Source: Candidatus Latescibacterota bacterium
GTDB taxonomy: Bacteria; Latescibacterota; UBA2968
Assembly: GCA_038279365.1 (NCBI GenBank)
Contig: JAYODI010000074.1
Location: 1 to 29,002, forward strand
Reading direction: 5' to 3'
DNA: 29,002 bases
Made by a program: the position numbers and the translations under genes. Each line of letters starts with the position of its first letter. Position 1 is the first letter of the stretch. The notes beneath the pieces were generated by a model, which was not told the DNA's origin, ran no database searches, and saw only the letters and a program-made list of their open reading frames with translations. Below, piece by piece: positions 16,687-26,025 of this stretch.

Positions 16687-18072
16687 CTACCGCTTCTTTT
16701 GCCAAGGCCCCGTAACAGCCATTGTATACCCCAATGATTGAATATTGACAAACATCGTTGTTGCATCAGGCGAAAAAACCACCCCTGTCAACTCTGATCC
16801 ATTTTTTATATTGTGTGCCAACGTATAAATTTGTCCTGCAGGCGTAATGCCCACCACCCGATCATCGTCTTTGCCATCTTCACAAACGATCACATCTCCC
16901 CAAGGAGCCACGGTCAAATTATCGGCATTTTCGATCAGCTTTCCATCATTGGGTTCACAAAACAATTCCAAACGTCCTGGCTGACTTTGTTCTTTCGCAT
17001 TACCCTCATATATACTGGGCGTATATTTCCAAATCTGCCCTTTCTTTTCTTTGCCTCCATTTGTACACGCAAAATAAATCGTTCCATTCCCATACCATAT
17101 CCCTTCCCCTCGTGCAAAAACTGCGGCACCTTTTCCCAACCCCTGGAAGCGCAAATCATCATCTGGCGATTCCACATTTTCCAAATCGACCCAACGCACA
17201 TCTAACGCCTGTCCCACAGCCACAATAGGCAGTTGGTCATCCCAGTTGCGTGTATCCAAACGACTTTGATCAGAAACCACCAATGCTTGCAAACGACCAC
17301 CCTGAGCCAATTTACCCAACGTTTTTGGAATAAACCGATAAATCAGCCCATCTCCCCGATCTTCCGTGAGATAGACCACACCAGATTTGGGGTCAACGGC
17401 AACGGCTTCATGATTAAATCGTCCCATGGCTTTGAGTGGTACGGGTGTGACCAAGCCCATTTTCTCACGTGCAGGCACCTCAAAAACATACCCGTGATCG
17501 CGTTCGGCAACTTCGCCGACACGCACCACAGACTCTTCGCAACTGATCCAAGAATTCCAAGGTGTTGCCCCACCCGCGCAATTTCGAACCGTGCCAGCAA
17601 GACTCATATAATGACGCTCTAATTTTTGTTTTTTGGTATCGTAAACAAATGTTGTCGTGCCACCACCACACGGGGTATTTTTTTGGGTTCGATCATATAC
17701 TTTCTTGGCATCAACCTTTTTAAACCGCGCGTAGTCCTCACCAAAAGGCCCATCCTTAGCACCAATATTTATCTCGTGATTTCGGATTACAATGGTCTTA
17801 TTGCCACTGCCTTGAAAAGCGGCCATGCCATCGTGCAAACCAGGCACCAGCAACCCATCGTCCATCTCATCGCCTTTTTGTGAAATAATGCGGTATGAAA
17901 ACCCTTTCGGCAGACTTAACAAACCATCCGGATCGGGTACCAAATCGCCATACCCAGATGTGGCGGCAAAAGCCTCACCCGTTTGCCAAACATCTAAAAA
18001 CTGATGTAACCCAGCAAAACCAAGCGCAACAGCACCTGCCGTTTTCATAAAATCACGTCGGACAATATCCAT
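16687..18072 (-). CDS. phoX: Tat-exported PhoX-like alkaline phosphatase (DUF839)
   Basis: Twin-arginine signal RRDFMK; HDGMAAF, RNHE, NCAGGATPWNSWISCEE, MGRFNHEA, YLTED, RGEG, ADNL, CEDG, ELTG. Start placed at ATG 18072 after a GAGGT RBS. Confidence 0.85.
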   Translation of the reverse strand: MDIVRRDFMKTAGAVALGFAGLHQFLDVWQTGEAFAATSGYGDLVPDPDGLLSLPKGFSYRIISQKGDEMDDGLLVPGLHDGMAAFQGSGNKTIVIRNHEINIGAKDGPFGEDYARFKKVDAKKVYDRTQKNTPCGGGTTTFVYDTKKQKLERHYMSLAGTVRNCAGGATPWNSWISCEESVVRVGEVAERDHGYVFEVPAREKMGLVTPVPLKAMGRFNHEAVAVDPKSGVVYLTEDRGDGLIYRFIPKTLGKLAQGGRLQALVVSDQSRLDTRNWDDQLPIVAVGQALDVRWVDLENVESPDDDLRFQGLGKGAAVFARGEGIWYGNGTIYFACTNGGKEKKGQIWKYTPSIYEGNAKEQSQPGRLELFCEPNDGKLIENADNLTVAPWGDVIVCEDGKDDDRVVGITPAGQIYTLAHNIKNGSELTGVVFSPDATTMFVNIQSLGYTMAVTGPWQKKR

Positions 18073-18147
18073 AAAAACCTCAAAGTAGAAATTAAACATA
18101 CAACAGATAATATATGAACACTCTGATCACAAAAATGTAAACCCTAT

Positions 18148-19182
18148 CTAATCTTCAGAAGCCCCATCCAAATCCAAAATATTGACCCCGCCACAATAAT
18201 GCCTCACCTGATAACGATGAACCTGCCCCATTTTTTTGACCACACCAGCAATGCGCTCAAGCAACTGGTTCAATTGAACAACGTCACCAAATAGGTCGTG
18301 AGAGTCATCCATGCGCTCACGCATCAGTTCCAACCGAGCCATCACAACAGCCAAAGGGTTATTAATTTCGTGAGCGGCTGCACCTGCCAACTCAATAATG
18401 GCAAGATCGCGTTGTTTTTCCACCATTAAGCGATGTGCCTCTCTCACACGCAACTGCGTGTGCACCCGTGCCAACAGTTCATCCCAATTAAAAGGCTTTC
18501 TCACATAATCATTGGCCCCCAACTGCAAGCCCCGAGCAGCATCTTCGCCACGCCCAGCATGTGCGGTCATTACAATGACGGGTATATTCCGATATTTAGG
18601 ATCTGCACGCAGATGCATCAACAATCCAAAACCATCCAACCGGGGCATATCCACATCTGTCAGTACCAAATCGGGCTCTTTTTTCATAAAAGCCAAACCA
18701 TCTTCACCATCTAATGCTGTGCTGGTTTGGTAGCCTGCCATTTGCAAACGACGCGCTACCAATTCTCTTAACTCTTTGTCATCATCCACAACCAAAATAT
18801 GGCCTTTTACCAGATCTTGGGTTCCCATTTCCAAACGCGAGCGCACAATCTCTGCCAAGTCATCCGAGCTTGTGGCATGTCCCATCCACTGAAAATGCGA
18901 TTGTGCGTGAGCCGATCTTTCGGCGTCTAACCCCGCATGTCCAATAATCAGCGGAATCCCTTGCCCATCAGAAATATCTTCCAAAAGACGCACCAATTCA
19001 AAAGCATCTAAGCCTGGCAAATCAACGTCTGTAATAACCAAATCGGGGCGTAACGTATGAAGATGCTCTCGCACAACTTTTCCATCAAGGCATTGTAAAC
19101 ACTCATGGCCTTCATCAATGAGCACATCCGCAATGCGTTCAAGTTCACCCTTATGAGAACAAGCAATCAAAATGGTTGCCAT
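18148..19182 (-). CDS. Response-regulator-like protein: degenerate REC + REC + HisKA dimerisation domain, no HATPase domain
   Basis: REC1 LVITDVDLPGLDA; REC2 ILVVDDD..LVLTDVDMPRLDG..MTA..DYVRKPF; H-box AAHEINNPL. Alternative ATG at 19188. Confidence 0.85.
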   Translation of the reverse strand: MATILIACSHKGELERIADVLIDEGHECLQCLDGKVVREHLHTLRPDLVITDVDLPGLDAFELVRLLEDISDGQGIPLIIGHAGLDAERSAHAQSHFQWMGHATSSDDLAEIVRSRLEMGTQDLVKGHILVVDDDKELRELVARRLQMAGYQTSTALDGEDGLAFMKKEPDLVLTDVDMPRLDGFGLLMHLRADPKYRNIPVIVMTAHAGRGEDAARGLQLGANDYVRKPFNWDELLARVHTQLRVREAHRLMVEKQRDLAIIELAGAAAHEINNPLAVVMARLELMRERMDDSHDLFGDVVQLNQLLERIAGVVKKMGQVHRYQVRHYCGGVNILDLDGASED

Positions 19183-19194
19183 AACCATACCACC

Positions 19195-20589
19195 TTAAAA
19201 CCCGTTGGGGTGTTTGTCATGCCACAAAGTAGCCTGTTCGTAAGCATACGCCAAGCGTAAAACCATATGCTCTTCAAATGGTTTTCCAATGATCTGCAAA
19301 CCTATTGGCAACCCACCATACGACCAGCCACAAGGTAATGAAATTGCACACAAACCCAAAAAATTAACCAAACGCGTGGTCAACCTTATGGGCGCGGTTC
19401 CCACATCTGCAATAAGCGGTGCTGTGGTAAGCATGGTTGGGCATATAATGGCATCCACATCACACATTGTTTTTTTTGCAGCATACATCAAAGCATTTCT
19501 CTTTTGCAACACACCAGCATAATCAGCCGCGCCAAAGGCACCACCTTTTTGAATCCGGTCTCGAATACGGGCATCCATCGCATCACCATGTGTTGTCAAC
19601 AATTCGCGATGAGATGCAAAACCTTCTACAGGCATAATCAAAGAACTACCCAACCCAGTCAACTCGTCAGCCAATTCTTCACGTGCCTCAGGAAAATCCA
19701 TCTCATCAACAGAAACACCCAACCCTTCAAAAATACGCACCACTTCCTCAATGGCAGTGACCACTTCCATGTCGGCTTCAATACAAAAGGGATCACGCAC
19801 AAATCCAATACGTAAGCCCTTTATATCGCGTTTTAAATGTGTGGTCACATTGACCGTAGGTTGGTTGAATGTCACAGCATCTGCCGAATCAGGGCCCGCC
19901 ATCGCTTCAAACATCAGGGCCGCATCTTCAACACAACGGGTCATGGGGCCAACACTGTCCAACGTCCAAGACAAGGGTGTTGCACCTGCTCGGCTCACAC
20001 GTTCTAAAGTGGGTTTGAGTCCTACAATACCACAAAATGACGCAGGTATACGAATAGACCCACCCGTATCGGTACCAACTGCCGCAGTGGCCAATCCTGC
20101 CGCCACAGCCACACCCGATCCACTGCTCGATCCACCAGGCACCCGATCTTTATCCCAAGGGTTTGGTGGCGTACCATATTGGGGGTTTAAACCATAAGGC
20201 CCAAAGGCCAACTCAACCATATTCGTTTTGCCCAATAAAATCGTGCCAGCGCTTTCCAACCGATGTGCAACGGTTGCCGAAGTTTGGGGCACAAAATGAT
20301 CAAAAGCTTTTGAGCCTGAGGTCGTACGCACACCTGCCGTTTCAAACAAATCTTTGAGCCCAATGGGAATGCCATGTAATGGCCCCAAATCAACCCCCAC
20401 CCTCAACATTTGCTCAGAAGCCCGGGCTTGTGCCAAAGCGCGTTCTGCCGTTACCGTAATATAAGCCAATGTTTGGGCATCATATTGGTCTATGCGGTCT
20501 AAAAACACCTTCACAACATCAACAGGCGACACATCACCCACACGATACAAACGGCCCAATTCGGCAATATTTAAAAAGTGTAAGTCCAA
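19195..20589 (-). CDS. Amidase signature family protein
   Basis: GPLHGIPIGLKDL (catalytic Lys), PGGSSSGS, GTDTGGSIRIPASFCG, GLPIGLQIIG; TTG start. Confidence 0.92.
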   Translation of the reverse strand: MDLHFLNIAELGRLYRVGDVSPVDVVKVFLDRIDQYDAQTLAYITVTAERALAQARASEQMLRVGVDLGPLHGIPIGLKDLFETAGVRTTSGSKAFDHFVPQTSATVAHRLESAGTILLGKTNMVELAFGPYGLNPQYGTPPNPWDKDRVPGGSSSGSGVAVAAGLATAAVGTDTGGSIRIPASFCGIVGLKPTLERVSRAGATPLSWTLDSVGPMTRCVEDAALMFEAMAGPDSADAVTFNQPTVNVTTHLKRDIKGLRIGFVRDPFCIEADMEVVTAIEEVVRIFEGLGVSVDEMDFPEAREELADELTGLGSSLIMPVEGFASHRELLTTHGDAMDARIRDRIQKGGAFGAADYAGVLQKRNALMYAAKKTMCDVDAIICPTMLTTAPLIADVGTAPIRLTTRLVNFLGLCAISLPCGWSYGGLPIGLQIIGKPFEEHMVLRLAYAYEQATLWHDKHPNGF

Positions 20590-20597
20590 AACAATTC

Positions 20598-20900
20598 CTA
20601 TCCATCAACCAATAATGCCCCTACAAAAGTATCGGGGTTTTGACGATGTGTGTCCAATAATTTTTGAATCTCATTCAAAACACGTTCACGCGTAAACAAA
20701 CCATAACGATAAATATCCATAGGCCCAACAAGTTTTAAATAATATTTGTGTTCTGATGTATGTTCACGTGTACATGCACTGGGTTTACTTGCCTGGATCA
20801 AAAGTCCATCAAACACATCAGCAAATTGAGCCAACACAGGTTCGGCATGCAAATCTTGCGGAATCTCAGGAAAACGCGTCACCAATTCAGAAACTGTCAT
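20598..20900 (-). CDS. Hypothetical protein, 100 aa
   Basis: AGGAG RBS before ATG 20900 (MTVSELVTRFPEIP); ATGA overlap with the upstream oxidoreductase. Confidence 0.72.
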   Translation of the reverse strand: MTVSELVTRFPEIPQDLHAEPVLAQFADVFDGLLIQASKPSACTREHTSEHKYYLKLVGPMDIYRYGLFTRERVLNEIQKLLDTHRQNPDTFVGALLVDG

Positions 20901-21937
20901 GGCAACTCCTTTGGCACCCAAACAACATCTCCTCGCACCATATCATCCAAAAGCACAGGCGCACCACCCTGTTCGGCAGACACATTTGCCCCCAACACTG
21001 CTATTAAACTATTGAGTGCTTCAGCATAAGGGCTGCGCACAGCGTTGGGATCACCTTTTTTTACTGCATCAACAAACGCACGCGCCTGTAATGCAAATGC
21101 ATTGGGTTGTTCATCCCATTGAGCAACCGTTTCCCCATTTAGAGAAACCTCACGCGCCGACCAATCAATTAAAGCATCATCTGCCACAACCGTGAGTGTG
21201 CGCCGTTGATAAGACACATTTGTTAACACACGTGACGTCGTTGCATTGGCCACTGCCCCACTTGCAAATTGATAATTTACATCATATACGTGGGGCATGT
21301 TGATGGGTTCGGGGCCTTCGCCAGGTTTTCGATAAAAATAGAATGCCGATACAGCCGAGATATTGCCCAAGAAATAACGCAAAAGATCTACCATATGAAT
21401 GGAATTTTCAACAAATGACCCACCACACAACTCCATGCGGCTCGTCCACAAACGCACATGTTTACCACTATAAAACAACTGCATCTGTGCATGACGAGGT
21501 GTTTTGCCCTCCAACAATTCGCACACTTTTTCAGAGGCAGGATAGTAGCGACTCATAAAACCCACTTGGGCCACAATGCCCGAATGTGTGATTGCATCGC
21601 GATATTTTACGGCTTGCAGCACATCCAATGTCTGTGGTTTTTCAACAAACAACGCAATACCTTTTTCGGCTGCAATCAACTCCACATCCGTGTGCAATGT
21701 GGGTGGGATACACAAATAAACAGCGTCCAGCGCTTCAGAATCAAACATGGCACGATAATCGGTATAAACCGATTTTGCACCCCATTTTTTTGCTTGCTCA
21801 GAAACAGTCTCTTCACTCACATCACAAAATGCCTGAAGCACAACCTCGCCCGATTCAACCATTTTAGACAAAGGTGCCAAGTGTGCATTTTGGGTAATAT
21901 GCCCCAAACCAATAAATCCCAATCGCAATCCACTCAT
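20897..21937 (-). CDS. Gfo/Idh/MocA family NAD(P)-dependent oxidoreductase
   Basis: LGFIGLGHI Rossmann motif, DAVYLCIPPTLH, LFVEKP, GGSFVENSIHMVD. Start placed at ATG 21937. Confidence 0.92.
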   Translation of the reverse strand: MSGLRLGFIGLGHITQNAHLAPLSKMVESGEVVLQAFCDVSEETVSEQAKKWGAKSVYTDYRAMFDSEALDAVYLCIPPTLHTDVELIAAEKGIALFVEKPQTLDVLQAVKYRDAITHSGIVAQVGFMSRYYPASEKVCELLEGKTPRHAQMQLFYSGKHVRLWTSRMELCGGSFVENSIHMVDLLRYFLGNISAVSAFYFYRKPGEGPEPINMPHVYDVNYQFASGAVANATTSRVLTNVSYQRRTLTVVADDALIDWSAREVSLNGETVAQWDEQPNAFALQARAFVDAVKKGDPNAVRSPYAEALNSLIAVLGANVSAEQGGAPVLLDDMVRGDVVWVPKELP

Positions 21938-21938
21938 T

Positions 21939-22835
21939 TTACAATCCCTCAATTTGAGCAATCAATTCACCTGACAAATATTTCCCATCCGAAACCGCCA
22001 CACAATCTTCTAATTCTGCAACATCAGAAACACCAGACAAAAGCATTTTTACACGTTTATCAGACAACAAATATCTCAAGGCAAGCCGTGTCAGCGGCTC
22101 CGTCTCATTCTTTAACAAAGCAGTCACCCGATCCAATTTTTCATACAAATCTTGAAACCGCCCCAAACCTTGCCAATGTTCGCGCTTAGAACCCAAAAGC
22201 CCAGCGTGTAAGGGCGATGCACAAATGACGGCAACATTTCCATCTGCGGCTGTGGGCAGCAATGATTCTGTGGCTTCTTGAGTCAATAAATCATATTTAC
22301 AAAACGTAATCACCGATGCAAAAACATCAGATTCAGCCAATGTTTTGGTCATCAAGCCCAAATCAGAACCCGTCAAACCAATAAAATCACAAATACCTTG
22401 TGATTGAATATCCAACAACGTTTCTATTGTTCGCCCCTTACCAAACAAGCCTTCCCATCCGGCCTTCTCCGCTTCGTGTACTTGCAGCAAATTCACGCGA
22501 TCGCGTTTTAACCGTTTCAAACTGGCATCCAAACCACGCAATATGGTATCGCGTGTATAGTCAAACGGTTCAGGGAAATAACCCACTTTGGTTGCCAAAT
22601 AATACGGCTCAGTCACACCTCGCAATGCCATACCCAATATTTCTTCACTGCGACCACGCCCATATAAAGGAGCCGTATCAAAATAATTTACACCAAGCTC
22701 CAGCGCCCGTTCCACCAAAGCCACCCCATGAGAAGCGGGTTTTAAACCCATTTCAGGTCGGCCATAAAACCACGACCCGCCCAGTCCTATTTCACTAACT
22801 TGCCACCCCGTTTTTCCAAATGTGCGATATTCCAT
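21939..22835 (-). CDS. Aldo/keto reductase
   Basis: MEYRTFGKTGWQVSEIGLG, GVNYFDTAPLYG, LATKVG, SLKRLKRD..NLLQVH, SPLHAGLL. Start placed at ATG 22835. Confidence 0.92.
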   Translation of the reverse strand: MEYRTFGKTGWQVSEIGLGGSWFYGRPEMGLKPASHGVALVERALELGVNYFDTAPLYGRGRSEEILGMALRGVTEPYYLATKVGYFPEPFDYTRDTILRGLDASLKRLKRDRVNLLQVHEAEKAGWEGLFGKGRTIETLLDIQSQGICDFIGLTGSDLGLMTKTLAESDVFASVITFCKYDLLTQEATESLLPTAADGNVAVICASPLHAGLLGSKREHWQGLGRFQDLYEKLDRVTALLKNETEPLTRLALRYLLSDKRVKMLLSGVSDVAELEDCVAVSDGKYLSGELIAQIEGL

Positions 22836-22858
22836 ACCATCCCTTTTAAATAGATTGG

Positions 22859-23542
22859 TTACCGAACCGAGCGGTACCACCTGCTCAATGTTTTATCAGA
22901 AACGCCACACACAAACATGACACGCAGCAACCACATCCAAATCACCGTTCTCACAACACCCCACTTGCGCCAACGGCGCGTGGAACTACACACTTGAGCG
23001 GGCAACATCACAAATTTACCACACTTTTTGACCACATTGCAAAATTCTGAATCTTCAAACAAGTCACGCATAGGGTAACCACCCACAGATCGAAAAACAT
23101 CGCGTCGTACAAAGATGCCCTGATCACCATAAGTAATGCCCAAAAGCTTTGAACGCAAAGTGCTTAAATATGCAATCCATCGAAAGCCCATACCAGCTTC
23201 AGCCAAACCCAATTCAAACCGCCCGCCCACAACGTGTTGATTTGCCATAGTGTCTCGAATCAAAGACAAACCATTGGGAGGCAAAAAAGTATCTGCATGT
23301 AAAAACAACAAAACATCACCCACAGCGTGTTGCGCACCCCAATTCATCTGTGAGGCACGCCCCTTAGTCGGTGAAAAAACACATCGTCCAATGCCAGCAG
23401 CAAACACCAAATCAGGCGTACCATCTGTACTGCCCCCATCTACAACCACCACATCAATCGAGTCTTCTTTGCCAAATTGATCCAAACACTTTTGGATAGA
23501 CGCAACTTCATTCAACACAGGTATGATCACACTAATTTGCAC
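22859..23542 (-). CDS. GT2 glycosyltransferase, TIGR04283 (arsenosugar-biosynthesis-associated) type
   Basis: ISVIIPVLNE, VVDGGSTDGT, GRASQMNWGA, LLFLHADT, YGDQGIFVRR..F..VGGY, ED, SSTRRW; GTG start. Confidence 0.87.
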   Translation of the reverse strand: MQISVIIPVLNEVASIQKCLDQFGKEDSIDVVVVDGGSTDGTPDLVFAAGIGRCVFSPTKGRASQMNWGAQHAVGDVLLFLHADTFLPPNGLSLIRDTMANQHVVGGRFELGLAEAGMGFRWIAYLSTLRSKLLGITYGDQGIFVRRDVFRSVGGYPMRDLFEDSEFCNVVKKCGKFVMLPAQVCSSTRRWRKWGVVRTVIWMWLLRVMFVCGVSDKTLSRWYRSVR

Positions 23543-23555
23543 AAGGTCTCCGGGC

Positions 23556-24134
23556 TTATTTTTGTTTTATAATTTGAATAAAGTTTACCAAATAACTTGC
23601 CCAAGACACAAACAATAACCCACCGCATGTCCATAAAAAAAATGATTTTATAAAATGGATGTCCATCAAAAATGACACCAACAACAAACTCATCATAAAG
23701 GTGGTCAACTTACCCCATATATTAGATGAAATGATCACATCACGACGCCCTACCAAAAACATACTCGCCAACAGAATCAAACCATCGCGCACCAAAACCG
23801 CAGCAACCACCCAAAATGGCAAATCTTTAAACAACACCAAGACCACCGTAATGGCACCAATAGCCACCTTATCGGCCATTGGATCTAAAACTTTTCCCCA
23901 ACGTGTAATTTCATTTCGTCGTCGTGCCAAATAACCGTCTAACATATCACTCATAATCATCACAACCACAAGCCCAAATGTGGGCCATACATAAACTGGC
24001 CCAAGTACAATTAGCCAAACAACGGGCAATGTGAGTACAATACGCAACACACTCACAGCATTAGAAACCGTCCAAAACTTGTCCAGTTCTGCCTTTTCGT
24101 TTTCGTGAGGAACTTGAATAACAGGATTGCTCAT
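23556..24134 (-). CDS. CDP-alcohol phosphatidyltransferase (PgsA-like)
   Basis: NAVSVLR and the signature DMLDGYLARRRNEITRWGKVLDPMADK; RD and WGKLTT motifs; polytopic membrane protein. Confidence 0.9.
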   Translation of the reverse strand: MSNPVIQVPHENEKAELDKFWTVSNAVSVLRIVLTLPVVWLIVLGPVYVWPTFGLVVVMIMSDMLDGYLARRRNEITRWGKVLDPMADKVAIGAITVVLVLFKDLPFWVVAAVLVRDGLILLASMFLVGRRDVIISSNIWGKLTTFMMSLLLVSFLMDIHFIKSFFLWTCGGLLFVSWASYLVNFIQIIKQK

Positions 24135-24138
24135 AAGT

Positions 24139-25104
24139 CTAAAACACCATTTGGTTTCCAGTTTCCGATGCTTGGCGCACCAAATCTAAAGTACGCATCA
24201 CACGCAGCACTTCACGCCCTTGGGCCGGTGTGGGCTGCCCCGCCAATAAGGCATCTACAAATTGCTGTATTTGCAGCACAAAAGCAGGCTCTTTAACGGA
24301 CATTTCTATTTCCTCTGTATCTACAAACAACTTATCTCTGCGAATGACCAGTGTGGCAGCATCCCCCACAAATACCGTCTCAGTTCTCACGTGTTTGCTT
24401 TGCACCGAAAAAGCCAAAGACCCTATTTTGCCATCTGCAAACTCCAACCCTATCACCCCGTCACTGTCACCATCAGTGGCTTTTCCACAGGCTCTTACCG
24501 ATCCCCAAACGCGCGAAGGTTGGTCATTTAACAACCACAAAATGGCGTCCACATCGTGGCTACCAAACAAAGGCAAATACAAACCACCACAAGCGGCTTG
24601 TGATTTGCGCCAATCGGTAGACACCTTTTCAACCATAAACAATCGTTGATGGATCACATTCATTACACGACCAATGCGCCCAGAATCCATCACCTTTTTG
24701 GCAGCTTGAAAAGTCGGCATATACCGTGTCGATTGCCCCACAGAAAGCTGAGTTGCCATTCGCTCTGCAGCAGCCACCATCTCTTGTGCCTCTGCCTCAT
24801 TTAATGCCATTGGTTTTTCTACCAAAACATGTTTGCCAGCCTCACTGGCTTGCACTGAAAAAGGCAGGTGTAAGTCATGAGGCAAACACAAAACCACGGC
24901 ATCTACTTCGGCACATGCCAATGCTTCGGCATAATCTGTACCAAAGTGAGGTGCACCATATCGCTCTGCCGCCGATTGGGCTTGCGCTTCAATCACATCC
25001 ACACACCACACAAGCTTGGCTTGGGCCAATGCTTGCACTGCTTTTAAATGGGCCTCAGCAATTTGCCCACACCCAATCATTGCAATACCAATTTGTTTGG
25101 CCAA
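24139..25104 (-). CDS. Gfo/Idh/MocA family oxidoreductase
   Basis: AMIGCGQIA, DAVVLCLPHDLH, GKHVLVEKPMA, GSHDVD; TTG start after AAGGAG. Confidence 0.92.
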   Translation of the reverse strand: MAKQIGIAMIGCGQIAEAHLKAVQALAQAKLVWCVDVIEAQAQSAAERYGAPHFGTDYAEALACAEVDAVVLCLPHDLHLPFSVQASEAGKHVLVEKPMALNEAEAQEMVAAAERMATQLSVGQSTRYMPTFQAAKKVMDSGRIGRVMNVIHQRLFMVEKVSTDWRKSQAACGGLYLPLFGSHDVDAILWLLNDQPSRVWGSVRACGKATDGDSDGVIGLEFADGKIGSLAFSVQSKHVRTETVFVGDAATLVIRRDKLFVDTEEIEMSVKEPAFVLQIQQFVDALLAGQPTPAQGREVLRVMRTLDLVRQASETGNQMVF

Positions 25105-25114
25105 ATAACACTCC

Positions 25115-25843
25115 TTAAGAAATCATCAACTTAATGCCAATGCACAATACCAAAACCAATACAATGCGATTAAACCACAAGGGCGATAACCGTTTATTCA
25201 TCACAATACCAACCCCAGCCCCCATCGCCAGTGTCGGCAACAACCACAGATCCATCATTAAAGTTTGCGCATTGATGATATCCAACGACACATACAAAAC
25301 CAACTTCATCATATTTAATATCACGCCAAAAAGCCACGCCGTTGCGACAAACGTGCGCCCACTTAAACCTTGGGGCAACAAATACAACATCAGCACCACA
25401 CCCCCTGCATGCACCAGCGAAGACACCACCCCCAACACAACACCCACTGCAAACCGAGCCCAAAACCCTGGGGGTTTAACATCGTGCAAAATACGGTCTT
25501 TAAACACTTGTAAAAACGCAAAAAAACAAGCCAACCCACCCAATATGCGCCGAAACCATTCCTCAGGAATAAGATCCAATACCCCTCCACCCAATAACAC
25601 GCCCAACACCATACCTGGCAACAATGCCCGAATATGATGCCCAACCCAATGCCCCCAATAATAACGGACACTAATCACATCCGTAGCCAACGACAAAGGC
25701 AAAATCACACCCAAGGTCATCTTAGCCGGAATTACAAGTGCCATAATCGGTGCGGCAACCACCCCCACACCCCCTCCAAATCCAGCGCGCATCACCCCCA
25801 CCAAAAACCCACCTCACGCCAGTACAACATCCATATAGTCCAC
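25115..25843 (-). CDS. Sulfite exporter TauE/SafE (TSUP) family protein, interrupted by an in-frame TGA at codon 10 (25814-25816); open from TTG 25804
   Basis: LVGVMRAGFGGGVGVVAAPIMAL, ILPLSLATD, SSLVHAGG, FVATA....NMMKL. Upstream in-frame GTG 25843 with a GGAG RBS gives MDYMDVVLA*GGFLVG. Confidence 0.82.
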
Positions 25844-25953
25844 ACCGTCTCCATTCAACCCCAATCAGGGCTCCAAAAAGCATCTGTTGGGCACAAATAT
25901 AACCCACAGCAACTCAGAAGCAACAGACAAAATTACACACAGCAACACCACAC

Positions 25954-25982
25954 TTGACAGTCACCTCATCTCCCCCTATTTT
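25954..25982 (+). promoter_or_regulatory. Putative sigma70 promoter for the YkgJ-family gene
   Basis: TTGACA (25954-25959), 17-nt spacer, TATTTT (25977-25982). Confidence 0.6.
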
Positions 25983-26025
25983 TCTGCAACAGATTCCCAT
26001 AAGCAGATCACTTTAAGGAGTTCCA

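Noticed and set aside
18073..18147. Pho box upstream of phoX
   Set aside because: GTTTAC and GTTCAT half-sites are present but not in a consistent 11-bp register.
19195..20589. gatA (Glu-tRNA amidotransferase subunit A)
   Set aside because: No gatC or gatB adjacent and no GatA-specific motifs recognised; called a generic amidase.
25814..25816. Genome-wide TGA reassignment (genetic code 4 or 25)
   Set aside because: TGA terminates sbcD, the GroES-like gene and a Gfo gene with ATGA/TGATG coupling, and no other gene shows an internal TGA.
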